This document shows positions 54,885 through 64,000 of a DNA stretch of 64,000 bases, piece by piece. Position 1 is the stretch's first letter, and each line of letters opens with the position of its first letter. Below the pieces are notes generated by a model. It had not been told where the DNA came from. It worked only from the letters and a program-made list of their open reading frames with translations, and searched no databases. The stretch is taken from contig CAWEAL010000003.1 in the NCBI GenBank assembly GCA_963807035.1, forward strand, positions 164,372 to 228,371. Direction: 5' to 3'. This DNA comes from an uncultured Chloroflexia bacterium (GTDB lineage Bacteria > Chloroflexota > Limnocylindria > Limnocylindrales > CSP1-4). The position numbers were made by a program, and so were the translations under genes.

Positions 54885-56716
54885 GAGCCGGCGACGGGCG
54901 CCGAGAGGGCTCGTTCGAGCGCCTGCTCGAGGGCGGCCAGGCCGGCGTCCGGGTCGGCCTCGAGGTGGACCCGCAGGACCGGCAGGTCGTGGCTCTCGAG
55001 GACCTGGAAGTCACCCGCGGCCTGGGCGTCGATCAGCTGGCCGAAGGTGTACGGCCAGCCGGGGATCTGGCGGTCGTCCGGGTGATCGGCGGTGAGCTGG
55101 AAGAAGAGGCCGATCGGGGCGCCCCCCTTGTGCAGCTGACCGGTCGAATGAAGGAATCGCGGGCCGTAGCCGGCGGTCGTCGCCCGGCCGGTCCGGTCGC
55201 GCAGGAGCGCCCGGATCCGGGCGATCGCCGCGTCCCGGGCGGGGGTTGCCCCGATGTACGCCTGGAGGCAGAGGTAGGCGTCCGGCCGGGCTCGGCCGAG
55301 GTGGCGGCGGAGGGCGGCCTCGGGCGTATCCGCCGGCCCCCCCGCGGCTAGCGCCCGGTCGCCGACGAGCGCCAGGCCGGCGCCGGCACCGAGGAGCTCG
55401 ATCGGCGCGCTGGGCGCCTCGTGGAGCCGCGCATCGGCCGCCTCGCCGTGCAGGGCGAGCAGCTTGCGGGTGAGGATCTTCGCCTCTTCCACGTTCGGCT
55501 GGTCGAACGGATCGATGCCCAGGACGATTCCGGCGATCGCGGTCGCGACCTCCCAGCGGACGAACTCGCCACCGATGTCGATCCGGTCGTCCAGGGTGAT
55601 CCGGATCACCGGATGACCGGCCGCCGAGAGCTGCTCGAGGAGGGCGTCCGCTCCGATCCCGCCGGGCGCCGGCGCGGGACCCGCCGAGCCGGCCAGGGCC
55701 AGCCGGACGAAGACCCGGTCGGGCCCGTAGGCCGAGCTGGCGCCGAGCGGTTCGAGATCGACCGGCACGATCCCGACGCCGTTCTTGCCGGTGCTCTCGG
55801 CGAGCAGCTGCTCGAGCCACGCACCGAGCGAGGCGACCTCCGGGTCGGCCACGAAGGTGACCTTGTCCCGGCCCGCGCCGGCCGGGGCGGGCCGGGCGAG
55901 CGCGCCGAGGGCGAGCCCGAGGGCGAGGCCGGGGTTGTCCGACGGCTCCGGTTCGCGGCAGCGGGCAAGCATCACCGCGGCCGACCCGAGGAGCTCGCCG
56001 ACCGACAGCCCGATCAGGGCCGCCGGCACGAGACCGACGTAGGTCAGGGCGGAGTAGCGGCCGCCGACGTCGGGCGGATTGAGGAAGACCTCGCGGAGGT
56101 CGTCGTGATGGGGAATCGCCTCGATGCCCTTGCCCGGGTCGCTGATGGCGGCCATCAGCGTGCCGGGCTGCTCGCGGTGCTCGTGGCGCGCGTCGAGGGC
56201 AGCCCGGATCCGGGCCCAGGCGTCGGCCTGGAAGGCGAGCGGCTCGGTCGTCGTGCCCGACTTGCTGGCCACGATGAACAGGGTCGACAGCGGGTCGAGA
56301 TCGTCGACAACGGCTCCGACGGCCTGCGGGTCGGTCGAATCGAGGACCCGCACGGCGAGCCAGCCGGGGGCCACCCCGAATATCGCACGGAGGACCTCGG
56401 GGGCGAGGCTGCTGCCGCCCATCCCGGCGACCACGGCGGACCGGAAGCCGGCCTCGCGCAGCCCGTCGGCAAAGCCCTCGAGGGCCGGCACCTGGTCGAG
56501 GAAGTGCTCCGGGGCGTCGAGCCAGCCGAGCCGCTCGGCGATGCCGGCCTGGACGACGGGATCGGCTGACCACAGCGACGAATCGCGATCGAACAGGCGC
56601 TCGGCCCAGGATTCCGCCCGGGCGCGCTCGGCCGCCGTGGCCCAGAGCTTCGCCTCGGCCGGCCCGAGCTCGATGCCGGCGGGCAGCCCATCGGGGGCGG
56701 GAACGCGGTCGGTCAT
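54881..56716 (-). CDS. pgi: glucose-6-phosphate isomerase (the PGI type that occurs fused to transaldolase in some bacteria; no transaldolase module here)
   Basis: 611 aa. GMGGSSLAPEVL, FIVASKSGTTTEP and GGRYSALT motifs. Confidence 0.85.
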   Translation of the reverse strand: MTDRVPAPDGLPAGIELGPAEAKLWATAAERARAESWAERLFDRDSSLWSADPVVQAGIAERLGWLDAPEHFLDQVPALEGFADGLREAGFRSAVVAGMGGSSLAPEVLRAIFGVAPGWLAVRVLDSTDPQAVGAVVDDLDPLSTLFIVASKSGTTTEPLAFQADAWARIRAALDARHEHREQPGTLMAAISDPGKGIEAIPHHDDLREVFLNPPDVGGRYSALTYVGLVPAALIGLSVGELLGSAAVMLARCREPEPSDNPGLALGLALGALARPAPAGAGRDKVTFVADPEVASLGAWLEQLLAESTGKNGVGIVPVDLEPLGASSAYGPDRVFVRLALAGSAGPAPAPGGIGADALLEQLSAAGHPVIRITLDDRIDIGGEFVRWEVATAIAGIVLGIDPFDQPNVEEAKILTRKLLALHGEAADARLHEAPSAPIELLGAGAGLALVGDRALAAGGPADTPEAALRRHLGRARPDAYLCLQAYIGATPARDAAIARIRALLRDRTGRATTAGYGPRFLHSTGQLHKGGAPIGLFFQLTADHPDDRQIPGWPYTFGQLIDAQAAGDFQVLESHDLPVLRVHLEADPDAGLAALEQALERALSAPVAGS

Positions 56717-56753
56717 CGTGATCCTCCGAACGTGATTGGGCGGCAGCGATCGG

Positions 56754-57227
56754 TCATCCCGGTTGCCGGCCGGCCTCGGCCGCTTCGATCGCCCGGACCT
56801 TGTCGACCCGCCGGCGATGGCGGGGCGCGTTGCTGAACGTGGCCCCGAGGTAGGCCCGCACGATCTCGAGGGCCAGCTCGATCCCCACGATCCGGCCGCC
56901 CAGGCACAGGACGTTCATGTCGTCGTGCTCGACGCCCTGGTGGGCCGAGTAGCTGTCGTGACACACCGACGCCCGGATCCCGACCATCTTGGACGCCGCG
57001 ATCGAAGCCCCGACGCCGCTGCCACAGACGAGCACTCCCCGATCAGCTTCGCCACCCCGGATCGCCGTGCCGAGGCGGACAGCGAAGTCGGGGTAGTCGT
57101 CGGTCGGGTCCGATCCGTCACCGCCGAGGTCGACCAGTTCGCCGGCCAGGACCTCGGCCCGCAGGCGGGCGAGGAGCTCGTCCTTCAGGGCGGCTCCGCC
57201 GTGATCGGCAGCGAATGCGACGCGCAT
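56754..57227 (-). CDS. rpiB: ribose-5-phosphate isomerase B
   Basis: 157 aa. MRVAFAADHGG..LK ... GVLVCGSGVGASIAASK ... HDDMNVLCLG motifs. Confidence 0.9.
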   Translation of the reverse strand: MRVAFAADHGGAALKDELLARLRAEVLAGELVDLGGDGSDPTDDYPDFAVRLGTAIRGGEADRGVLVCGSGVGASIAASKMVGIRASVCHDSYSAHQGVEHDDMNVLCLGGRIVGIELALEIVRAYLGATFSNAPRHRRRVDKVRAIEAAEAGRQPG

Positions 57228-57229
57228 CG

Positions 57230-59338
57230 TCAGGCCGGGTCCGCCGGTCCGGGTTCGGTCGGATGACCGAGACCGAGGCCGGCCGGTTGGTGGCCCGGAT
57301 CGAGGCTCGGGATCCGGCCCCGGAGGCCGTCGCGGACGACCCGCCGGCCGACCTCGGCGACCCGCCCGGGCGTGAACCCGAAGTGCTCGAAGACGGTCGC
57401 GCCGGGGGCCGATGCGCCGAAATGGTCGATCCCGATCATCGCCCCGCCGTCGCCGGCGTAGCGATCCCAGCCGAGGGTCACCCCGGCCTCGACCGTGAGC
57501 CGCTGGCGGGCGCCGCGCGGCAGGACCGACTCCCGATAGGCCTCGTCCTGGCGTTCGAACGCGGCGAAGCAGGGCAGGCTGACGAGCCGGGTCCGGATCC
57601 CATCGGACTCGAGCTGGTCCCGGGCCGCGGCGGCCAGGCCGAGCTCCGAGCCGGTCGCCACGATGATCAGGTCGATGCCGTCCGGGCCGCCGCTCGACTC
57701 GCGCAGGACGTAGCCGCCCCGCCGGACGCCCTCCCGGGCGGCCGCGGCGGTCTCGGGCAGGGTCGTCAGCTTCTGCCGGGTGAGGCCGAGGGCGACCGGT
57801 CCATCCCGTCGCTCGATCGCGAGGGCCCAGGCGGCCGCCGCCTCGTTCGCGTCGCCCGGCCGGACGTACCACAGGTTGGGGATCGTCCGGAGGGCCATCG
57901 GCTGCTCGACCGGCTGGTGGGTCGGCCCGTCCTCGCCCAGGCCGACCGAATCGTGGGTCCATACGTACGTCACCGGCAGTCCGGCCAGGGCGGCCAGGCG
58001 GACCGATCCGCGCATGTAGTCGCTGAAGGTGAGGAACGTGGCGCAGTACGGGTGGAACGAGCCGTGGTAGGCGATCCCGTTCGCGATCCCGCCCATCGCG
58101 TGCTCGCGGACGCCGAAGCGCAGGTTGCGGCCGGGCTCGTCGGTCGAGAAATCGCCGCCGCCCTGGATGTCGGTCAGGTTCGACTCGGACAGGTCGGCAG
58201 CGCCGCCGAACAGTCCGGGCAGGGGCCCGGCCAGGGCGTTGATCGTGGCCTGGCTCACCTGGCGCGTGGCGAAGTCCTGGCCGACGGCGTAGCTCGGCAG
58301 GTTCCGGTCCCAGCCCGCCGGCAGACCGCCCATCAGCCGGCGCTCGAACTCCGCCGCGAGGCCGGGTTGGTCGGTCCGGTAGCGCTCGAACTCGGCCTGC
58401 CACGCCTCGACCAGCGCCTGGCCCTCGGGGACCGCCCGGCGGAAGACGTCGAGGGCCTCGTCGGGGATGTAGAAGTGGCGGTCGGGATCCCAGCCGTAGG
58501 CCTCCTTGGTCAGGCGGACCTCGTCCTCGCCGAGCGGCGAGCCGTGCGCCTTCTGGCTGTCCTGCCTGTGGGGCGATCCGAAGCCGATGTGGGTCCTGAC
58601 CGCGATCAGGCTCGGGCGGCCGTCCTCGTGGGCGCGATGGATCGCCCCGGCGATCGCGTTGACGTCATTGCCATCGTCGACCCGCTGGGTATCCCAGCCA
58701 TAGGCGTCGAATCGCTCGACGACGTTCTCGGAGAAGGCCATCGCGGTCGGTCCGTCGAGCTGGATCCCGTTATCGTCGTAGAGGAGCACCAGCTTGCGCA
58801 GCTGGAGGTGGCCGGCCAGCGAGGCCGCCTCGGAGGCGATCCCCTCCTGGATGTCGCCGTCGGAGCAGATCGCGTACGTCCAGTGGTCGACGATGTCGTG
58901 GTCGGGCCGGTTGAACTCGTGGGCCAGGCGGCGTTCGGCGATCGCCATTCCGACGGCGTTCGCCACGCCCTGGCCGAGCGGGCCGGTGGTCGCCTCCACG
59001 CCCGGGGTGAGGCCCCGCTCGGGATGGCCCGGCGTGCGCGAGCCCCACTGCCGGAACTGCTCGATATCGGCCAGGGAGAGGTCGTAGCCGGTCAGGTGGA
59101 GAAGCGAGTAGAGGAGCATCGAGGCATGGCCGGCCGACAGCACGAAACGGTCACGGTTCGGCCAGTCCGGCACGCTCGGCGCGTGGCGCAGGAAGCGGGT
59201 CCAGAGCGTATACGCCATCGGCGCCATCCCCATCGGGGCGCCGGGGTGGCCCGAGTTCGCCTTCTGCACCGCGTCGATCGACAGCGTCCGGATCGTGTCG
59301 ATCGCCAGCAGGTCGAGGTCGTCCGGCGCGAGGGGCAT
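57230..59338 (-). CDS. tkt: transketolase
   Basis: 702 aa from the internal ATG ([37 protein letters not shown]...). GDGDIQEG TPP-binding motif. Confidence 0.95.
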   Translation of the reverse strand: MPLAPDDLDLLAIDTIRTLSIDAVQKANSGHPGAPMGMAPMAYTLWTRFLRHAPSVPDWPNRDRFVLSAGHASMLLYSLLHLTGYDLSLADIEQFRQWGSRTPGHPERGLTPGVEATTGPLGQGVANAVGMAIAERRLAHEFNRPDHDIVDHWTYAICSDGDIQEGIASEAASLAGHLQLRKLVLLYDDNGIQLDGPTAMAFSENVVERFDAYGWDTQRVDDGNDVNAIAGAIHRAHEDGRPSLIAVRTHIGFGSPHRQDSQKAHGSPLGEDEVRLTKEAYGWDPDRHFYIPDEALDVFRRAVPEGQALVEAWQAEFERYRTDQPGLAAEFERRLMGGLPAGWDRNLPSYAVGQDFATRQVSQATINALAGPLPGLFGGAADLSESNLTDIQGGGDFSTDEPGRNLRFGVREHAMGGIANGIAYHGSFHPYCATFLTFSDYMRGSVRLAALAGLPVTYVWTHDSVGLGEDGPTHQPVEQPMALRTIPNLWYVRPGDANEAAAAWALAIERRDGPVALGLTRQKLTTLPETAAAAREGVRRGGYVLRESSGGPDGIDLIIVATGSELGLAAAARDQLESDGIRTRLVSLPCFAAFERQDEAYRESVLPRGARQRLTVEAGVTLGWDRYAGDGGAMIGIDHFGASAPGATVFEHFGFTPGRVAEVGRRVVRDGLRGRIPSLDPGHQPAGLGLGHPTEPGPADPA

Positions 59339-59405
59339 TGAGGTCTCCGTGGTCGATCGACCGGGGGCACGGGTCGTGGTGGCCGGTTCTCCGGGCTGCC
59401 TCGGC

Positions 59406-59411
59406 ATTGTA
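59406..59411 (-). promoter_or_regulatory. -10 hexamer TACAAT upstream of tkt (about 60-nt leader)
   Basis: Minus strand reads GGCACTACAATGCCGAGG. Best -10 match in the tkt/pfkB divergent region. Confidence 0.35.
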
Positions 59412-59495
59412 GTGCCGTGGCTGCCGGCGTCCCGTCCCCGGGAGTTGCGATCCGAGGGTTGGCGGCAGGGCCATCCGCTGTCGCCCGCCCGTGGG

Positions 59496-59501
59496 TATCC
59501 T
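59496..59501 (+). promoter_or_regulatory. -10-like hexamer TATCCT, 7 nt upstream of GTG 59509 (leaderless-type)
   Basis: GGGTATCCTCCGAGACGTG. Confidence 0.3.
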
Positions 59502-59508
59502 CCGAGAC

Positions 59509-60504
59509 GTGCCGAACCGCCTGACCGTGCCACGCCGCCTCCCAGGACGGAGCGCCCGAGGGCGCCGCCCCGGCGTCCGGGTTGTCGTCGTCGGCGACCT
59601 GACCCTTGATGTCGTCCTGGGCCCCGCCGAACCGCTCGTCCGGGGAACCGATGTCCCGGGCACGGTCCGCCTCCGCCAGGGCGGATCCGCGGCCAGCACG
59701 GCCCGCTGGCTCGGGCGGCTCGGGGCACGTGTCCAGCTCGTCTGCGCGGTCGGACGGGACGGCCCCGGCCGGGCCCTCGTCGACGCGGTCCGGGCCGATG
59801 GCGTGGTCGTCCGGGTGATCCGGGTCGCCGGCCGGCCGACCGGCCGGATCGGGGTCCTCGTCTCGCCCGACGGCGAGCGCTCGTTCGTCGCCGACCGTGG
59901 CGCAGCCGACCGGCTCGCCCCGGCCGACCTTCGGGCGGCCTGGTTCGGCGGGGTCGACCTGGTCCACCTGCCCCTCTACTCGCTCCTGGGCGAACCCCTC
60001 GGCGCTGCCGGCCGCGAGGCGATCCGGCTGGCTCGCGCCGCCGGTGCGGCGCTGAGCCTCGACCTCGCCTCGGTCGGGCCGTTGCTGGCCGGCGGCCGCC
60101 CGGCGGCCCTCGCCCTCGTCCGCTCCGTTGCGCCGGACGTCCTGCTGGCGACGTCGTCCGAGCTCACGGCGCTGCTCGACTCGCCCAACCGGGCGGTGCT
60201 CGGCGCGCGGGCCCTGGCGATCGCCCCGGTGATCGTGGTCAAGCGCGGCAGCAACGGGGCGTCGGTCCACCTGCTCGACGCCTCGGGCGCGTCGATCACC
60301 TTCGAGGTGGCGACCCGGCCCCTTCCTCCGACCGATACGACCGGCGCCGGCGATGCCTTCGACGCAGGCTTCCTGATCGGCTTCGTCGAGGGCCGGCGCG
60401 CGGGTCGCTCGACCCCGGCCGGGCTGCGCCGGGCGGTGCTCGCCGGGCACCGGGCGGCCGCCCGGCAGCTTGGCGGCAGCTGGCCCGAGCTCGAGCTCGG
60501 CTGA
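59509..60504 (+). CDS. PfkB-family carbohydrate/nucleoside kinase (ribokinase-like; candidate pseudouridine kinase)
   Basis: [12 protein letters not shown] ... [13 protein letters not shown] motifs. Start chosen at GTG 59509 within ORF 59491..60504. Confidence 0.8.
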   Translation: MPNRLTVPRRLPGRSARGRRPGVRVVVVGDLTLDVVLGPAEPLVRGTDVPGTVRLRQGGSAASTARWLGRLGARVQLVCAVGRDGPGRALVDAVRADGVVVRVIRVAGRPTGRIGVLVSPDGERSFVADRGAADRLAPADLRAAWFGGVDLVHLPLYSLLGEPLGAAGREAIRLARAAGAALSLDLASVGPLLAGGRPAALALVRSVAPDVLLATSSELTALLDSPNRAVLGARALAIAPVIVVKRGSNGASVHLLDASGASITFEVATRPLPPTDTTGAGDAFDAGFLIGFVEGRRAGRSTPAGLRRAVLAGHRAAARQLGGSWPELELG

Positions 60505-60507
60505 CCG

Positions 60508-62652
60508 TCAGCCCCTCGACCGGCCCGCGACGGCCAGGTGGCGGTCGAACCAGTCGAGCATCCGGGTCATCCGGTCGATCCGTCGATCGACCCGGCCGGC
60601 GGCCTGGTAGACATGCGATTCCTCGGGATAGAGCACATATTCGACGATCCGGCCGAGGATTTGCAGGGCGATGAAGAACTGCTCGTTATCGGCCTTCGGG
60701 CAGCGCGCGTCGGCCTCGCCCTGGAGGATCAGCAAGGGCGCGTGCACGTCGGCAACATGGGCCAGCGGCGACTGCCGCCACAGCCTGAGCATGCCCGCCT
60801 CGCTGAGCGGATCTCCCAGGAGCGATGTCCGACAGTAGTCCGGCCCGCTGTCGGAATTGGCCCAGGCGCTGACCTGGTTGGTCACCCCGTTCTCGCTCAC
60901 CCCGGCCGCAAACCGGTCGCTCGTTGCGACCAGCCAGTTGACCATGAATTCGCCGTAGCTCAGGCCGAGCAGGCCGAGCCGGGCCGGGTCGACCAGGCCG
61001 AGGCCGATTGCGTGGTCGAGCACCGCGTGGACGTCGTCGGCGTCGACCCCGCCCCAGTCGCCGAGCTGGGGCCGGATCCAGGCCCGCCCGTAGCCCGCCG
61101 ATCCCCGAATGTTGGGCAGCAGGACCCGGTAGCCGCGCGCGACGAGCAGCGCGACCTCCAGGCTCGGGGTGGGCGCCCAGGCCCCGAGCGGTCCGCCGTG
61201 GATGTCGACGACGGTCGGCAGCGGCCGATCCGCAGTGCCCGGCGGGGAGGCGATCCAGGTCTCGATCGGGCCTCCGGCGCCCGGAGCGAGGACCGAGCGC
61301 ATCTCCGGCAGGCGCGTCCCGCGCTGCCAGGCGGAGCCGATCCGGGTCCTGGTTCGGAGGCGCCCGCCCTCGGCCGTCATCACCTCGGGCGCACGGCCCT
61401 CGAGCGTGCCGACCACCACGACTTGCCGCCCGTCGGTCGAGATGGCGAGCTGGTCGCAGGCCACATCGCCGACGGCCAGCGGTGCCGGAGCGGCGGCCGC
61501 CAGGCCGGTGGCGGGATCAACCGGGAATCGCCACGGGCCGCACCGGCCGCGGTCCGAAACCAGGGCGACCAGGGCACCGTTGCCGGCCCAGGCCGGCCCG
61601 ACCCGCGGGCTCGCCTGCCAGCCCTGGAGGTCGGTGTCGACCCACGAGCCGACCGGCCGGTCGAGCCACGGTGCGAGGGCGGTGCCCGGTGACGAGCCGT
61701 CGGCCGGCGCGATCACGATGCCCGGGCTGAAGTCGTCAAGCGGGTCCACCGCGACGACCCCGACCGCCGCCAGCCAGCGCCCATCGGGCGAGATCACCGG
61801 GTGACTGGCACCCGACCCGAGGGCGAGGATCTGGACCGGCTCGTCGGCGTCGAGGCGGACCCGCCAGATCGTCGTCCTGGGGCGAACGTCGGCCGTTGTC
61901 GACCGATCGGCCGCGAAGACGATCGACCGCCCGTCCGGCCCCCAGCTCGGCTGGAGGACGCCCCAGTCGCCCCGCGTCAGCTGGCGGGCCCGGGCGCCCG
62001 GCCGGCTGCCGACCACGAAGAGGTGCTGCCAGCGATCGAGGTGGCCGGCATCGTCATAGCGCCAGTCGATCCGGCCGATCCGGCGTCCGAGCGGCTCCCG
62101 GTCCTCGTCCGCCGCCCGGCCGCGGCGGCGCGGCCGGCCTTCCTGGACCAGGAAGCGGGCCGGATCGACCTCAGCCGTGAACGCGATCCGGTCGCCCCGC
62201 GGCGACCAGGCCAGCGTCTCGACGCCGTGGGCCGGGGAGGCCAGGGTCCAGGATTCACCGGCGTTGCCACCGGCCGCGCCGGTCCAGCCGGCTGGCGCCA
62301 GGTCGACGATCTCGAGGGTCGGGACGGCGGCCCGGCCGTCGAGCCGCCTCCGCCGGAAGGCAATCCGCCGGCCGTCGGGGCTGATCCGCGGCCGGCTGTC
62401 GCGCACGGACCCGCCGGTCAAGGCTCGCACCCGGCCGGTGCCGCGCGCGAGGGGCACGAGCCACAGGTGCGAGACGTATCGATCGTCGCGGTCGACGGCA
62501 CGCCGGACGACGATCGCGAAACGACCGTCGGGCGAGACGTCGAGCTCCTCGAGGACCACCTGGCGCCGGATGATCGCGGGGGTGATCGCCCGCGGGACCG
62601 GCGGTTTGCCGCGTTGTCGGATGGACGGGCTCTCGGCCGGGATGGAGACCAT
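60508..62652 (-). CDS. S9-family serine peptidase (prolyl oligopeptidase / acylaminoacyl-peptidase-like, beta-propeller plus alpha/beta hydrolase)
   Basis: 714 aa with an N-terminal propeller-like repeat region. C-terminal LGLLGLSYGEFM (nucleophile elbow) ... LLILQGEADARCP. Confidence 0.85.
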   Translation of the reverse strand: MVSIPAESPSIRQRGKPPVPRAITPAIIRRQVVLEELDVSPDGRFAIVVRRAVDRDDRYVSHLWLVPLARGTGRVRALTGGSVRDSRPRISPDGRRIAFRRRRLDGRAAVPTLEIVDLAPAGWTGAAGGNAGESWTLASPAHGVETLAWSPRGDRIAFTAEVDPARFLVQEGRPRRRGRAADEDREPLGRRIGRIDWRYDDAGHLDRWQHLFVVGSRPGARARQLTRGDWGVLQPSWGPDGRSIVFAADRSTTADVRPRTTIWRVRLDADEPVQILALGSGASHPVISPDGRWLAAVGVVAVDPLDDFSPGIVIAPADGSSPGTALAPWLDRPVGSWVDTDLQGWQASPRVGPAWAGNGALVALVSDRGRCGPWRFPVDPATGLAAAAPAPLAVGDVACDQLAISTDGRQVVVVGTLEGRAPEVMTAEGGRLRTRTRIGSAWQRGTRLPEMRSVLAPGAGGPIETWIASPPGTADRPLPTVVDIHGGPLGAWAPTPSLEVALLVARGYRVLLPNIRGSAGYGRAWIRPQLGDWGGVDADDVHAVLDHAIGLGLVDPARLGLLGLSYGEFMVNWLVATSDRFAAGVSENGVTNQVSAWANSDSGPDYCRTSLLGDPLSEAGMLRLWRQSPLAHVADVHAPLLILQGEADARCPKADNEQFFIALQILGRIVEYVLYPEESHVYQAAGRVDRRIDRMTRMLDWFDRHLAVAGRSRG

Positions 62653-62741
62653 CGCCGAAGGGTAGCGATCCTGCCGCCAGCTCGGGCGACCTGTCGCGCC
62701 AAGTGGAGGCGGACGGAGGTGCCCGGCCGCCGGCCGGCGGC

Positions 62742-62747
62742 TAGGAT
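62742..62747 (+). promoter_or_regulatory. -10-like hexamer TAGGAT, 8 nt upstream of ATG 62756 (leaderless-type)
   Basis: GGCTAGGATGGCTCGCGATG. Confidence 0.35.
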
Positions 62748-62755
62748 GGCTCGCG

Positions 62756-63706
62756 ATGGAACGCTCGACGCAACTCGACCTTCGAGCCCGGCTCAGCCTC
62801 GGGGCGGAGGCCCGAACCGCCCTGGCGGCCGGCCGGCCGGTCGTCGCCCTCGAATCGACCCTGATCAGCCATGGCTTGCCCTACCCGGAGAACGTGGCCG
62901 TTGCCCGCGCGTCGGAGGCGGCCGTTCGGGCGGCTGGGGCAACGCCGGCGACGGTGGCGATCCACGCCGGCCGGATCCTGGTCGGGCTCGATGATGCGGA
63001 GCTCGAGGCACTGGCGACCGCCCCGCCAGGCAGCGTCCTGAAGGCGGCCAGGCCGAGCCTGGCCATGGCCCTGGCCGGGGGCGGCTGGGCGGCGACGACC
63101 GTCTCGGCCACGATGATCGCGGCGGCCGCCGCCGGCATCCGGGTCTTCGCCACCGGCGGGATCGGCGGCGTCCATCGGGGGGCATACGGCGCCGCGGCCA
63201 CCCTCGACGTCTCGTCCGACCTCGAAGAGCTCGCCCGGACCCCGGTCGCGGTCGTGTGCGCCGGGCCGAAGGCGATCCTCGACCTGCCGCTCACCCTCGA
63301 GTACCTGGAGACTCGCGGCGTCCCGGTTGTGGCCGTCGGCCAGGACGAGATCCCCGGCTTCTACTCCACCGACAGCGGCGTCCGGGCATCCCATGTCGCG
63401 GCCGGCGTCGCCGAGGCCGCCCGGATCACGGCCTCGCACCTCGGGCTCGGACTCGGATCCGGGATCCTCCTGTGCGTGCCCGTCCCGGCGGCCGTTGCCC
63501 TGCCCAGGGCGGAGGCTCGGGCCGCGATCGACCAGGCGATCGGCGATGCCGACGCGGCCGGCATCCATGGCCCGGATCTGACGCCCTGGCTGCTCGCCCG
63601 GGTCGCCGAGCTCACGAACGGGGCATCGATCCGGGCGAATACCGCCCTGATCGAGAACGACGCCCGGTTCGCCGGCCTGCTCGCGGTGGCCCTCGCCGGA
63701 GGATGA
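62756..63706 (+). CDS. psuG: pseudouridine-5'-phosphate glycosidase
   Basis: 316 aa. VVALESTLISHGLPYPEN ... FATGGIGGVHRG ... DVSSDLEEL motifs. Confidence 0.9.
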   Translation: MERSTQLDLRARLSLGAEARTALAAGRPVVALESTLISHGLPYPENVAVARASEAAVRAAGATPATVAIHAGRILVGLDDAELEALATAPPGSVLKAARPSLAMALAGGGWAATTVSATMIAAAAAGIRVFATGGIGGVHRGAYGAAATLDVSSDLEELARTPVAVVCAGPKAILDLPLTLEYLETRGVPVVAVGQDEIPGFYSTDSGVRASHVAAGVAEAARITASHLGLGLGSGILLCVPVPAAVALPRAEARAAIDQAIGDADAAGIHGPDLTPWLLARVAELTNGASIRANTALIENDARFAGLLAVALAGG

Positions 63707-63733
63707 CCGGAGCTCGAGGGCATGCCTGGGGCA

Positions 63734-63805
63734 TCGTCGTTGGCCTCGTCGTTGGCCTCGTCGTTGGCCTCGTCGTTGGCCTCGTCGTTGGCCTCGTCGT
63801 TGGCC
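63734..63805. repeat. perfect tandem repeat, 12 bp x 6 (TCGTCGTTGGCC)
   Basis: Read directly. Lies 28 nt after the psuG stop. In-frame multiple of 3, giving (ASSL)n, (GQRR)n or (TTRP)n in overlapping unsupported ORFs. Confidence 0.9.
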
Positions 63806-63840
63806 CGGCGTCGTCGTCGGCGTCCGGGATATCACCGGGG

Positions 63841-64000
63841 TGACTATCTGGCACGTTTCGGGGGCCAGCCTCTCCTGATCTTCGCTGGTCAAACCTGCTC
63901 AACTCGGCCCCGGACACGTTTCGTGCACGACCGCCGCCGGCCGTTCTGCGCGTCGGCCCGGCCAGAGGCCGCGCCGAACCCGAAACGTGCCATGTAGTCA
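63841..64000. mobile_element. MITE-like 160-bp element bounded by 22-bp terminal inverted repeats (truncated view at window edge)
   Basis: TGACTATCTGGCACGTTTCGGG (63841..63862) matches the reverse complement of 63979..64000 (TGACTACATGGCACGTTTCGGG) at 20/22. An internal third copy of CACGTTTCG lies at about 63915. Confidence 0.35.

Noticed and set aside
63734-63805. CRISPR array.
   Set aside because: The repeats are contiguous 12-mers with no spacers. No CRISPR-like repeat-spacer structure or cas genes occur anywhere in the window.

Overview
This is a very GC-rich window (roughly 70% by eye, not computed). F420-type oxidoreductases, opcA and many leaderless-looking starts suggest an actinobacterium-like genome. 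About 60 protein genes are supportable.

Three themes stand out.

(1) Selenocysteine and formate dehydrogenase supercluster. It contains fdhD, a NuoG-like Fe-S subunit, a NuoE/NuoF fusion, and a separately encoded molybdopterin catalytic subunit. The catalytic subunit has an in-frame UGA followed by a SECIS hairpin with a GGUCU loop. selD, tRNA-Sec (UCA anticodon), selA, selB and mobA complete the set.

(2) A ~13.9 kb segment wedged between tRNA-Sec and selA. It is bounded on its far side by a 58-nt copy (54/58 identical) of the tRNA-Sec 3' half, so it looks like an island inserted at selC, but no integrase is visible. Its cargo has a thiol, sulfur or possibly selenium redox theme:
- a translationally coupled operon arsR-dsrE-like-tusA-mvhD-like-(HdrA/GltD fusion)-hdrA-like-small wHTH-qmoC-like
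- OsmC, DUF2892, and an ECF sigma factor fused to a ZAS anti-sigma domain
- an ArsR/Cys-motif permease/thioredoxin-like triad
- two hemerythrins flanking a PadR regulator

Seven of the roughly ten apparent frameshifts in the window fall inside this segment. That points to gene decay or locally poor assembly.

(3) A long co-directional pentose-phosphate array (tkt-rpiB-pgi-zwf-opcA-pgl). It is coupled by 4-nt overlaps to an alpha/beta hydrolase and then a citrate synthase, with a membrane protein following after a 2-nt gap.

Other content: transporters, a membrane-anchored SbcCD-like pair, two zinc-ribbon paralogs (one frameshifted), a large secreted protein with three tandem ~130-aa repeats, a 12-bp x6 tandem repeat, and a 160-bp element with 22-bp terminal inverted repeats at the window edge.

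No rRNA, CRISPR array, transposase or integrase was seen. All family assignments come from motif recognition by eye, not from database searches.
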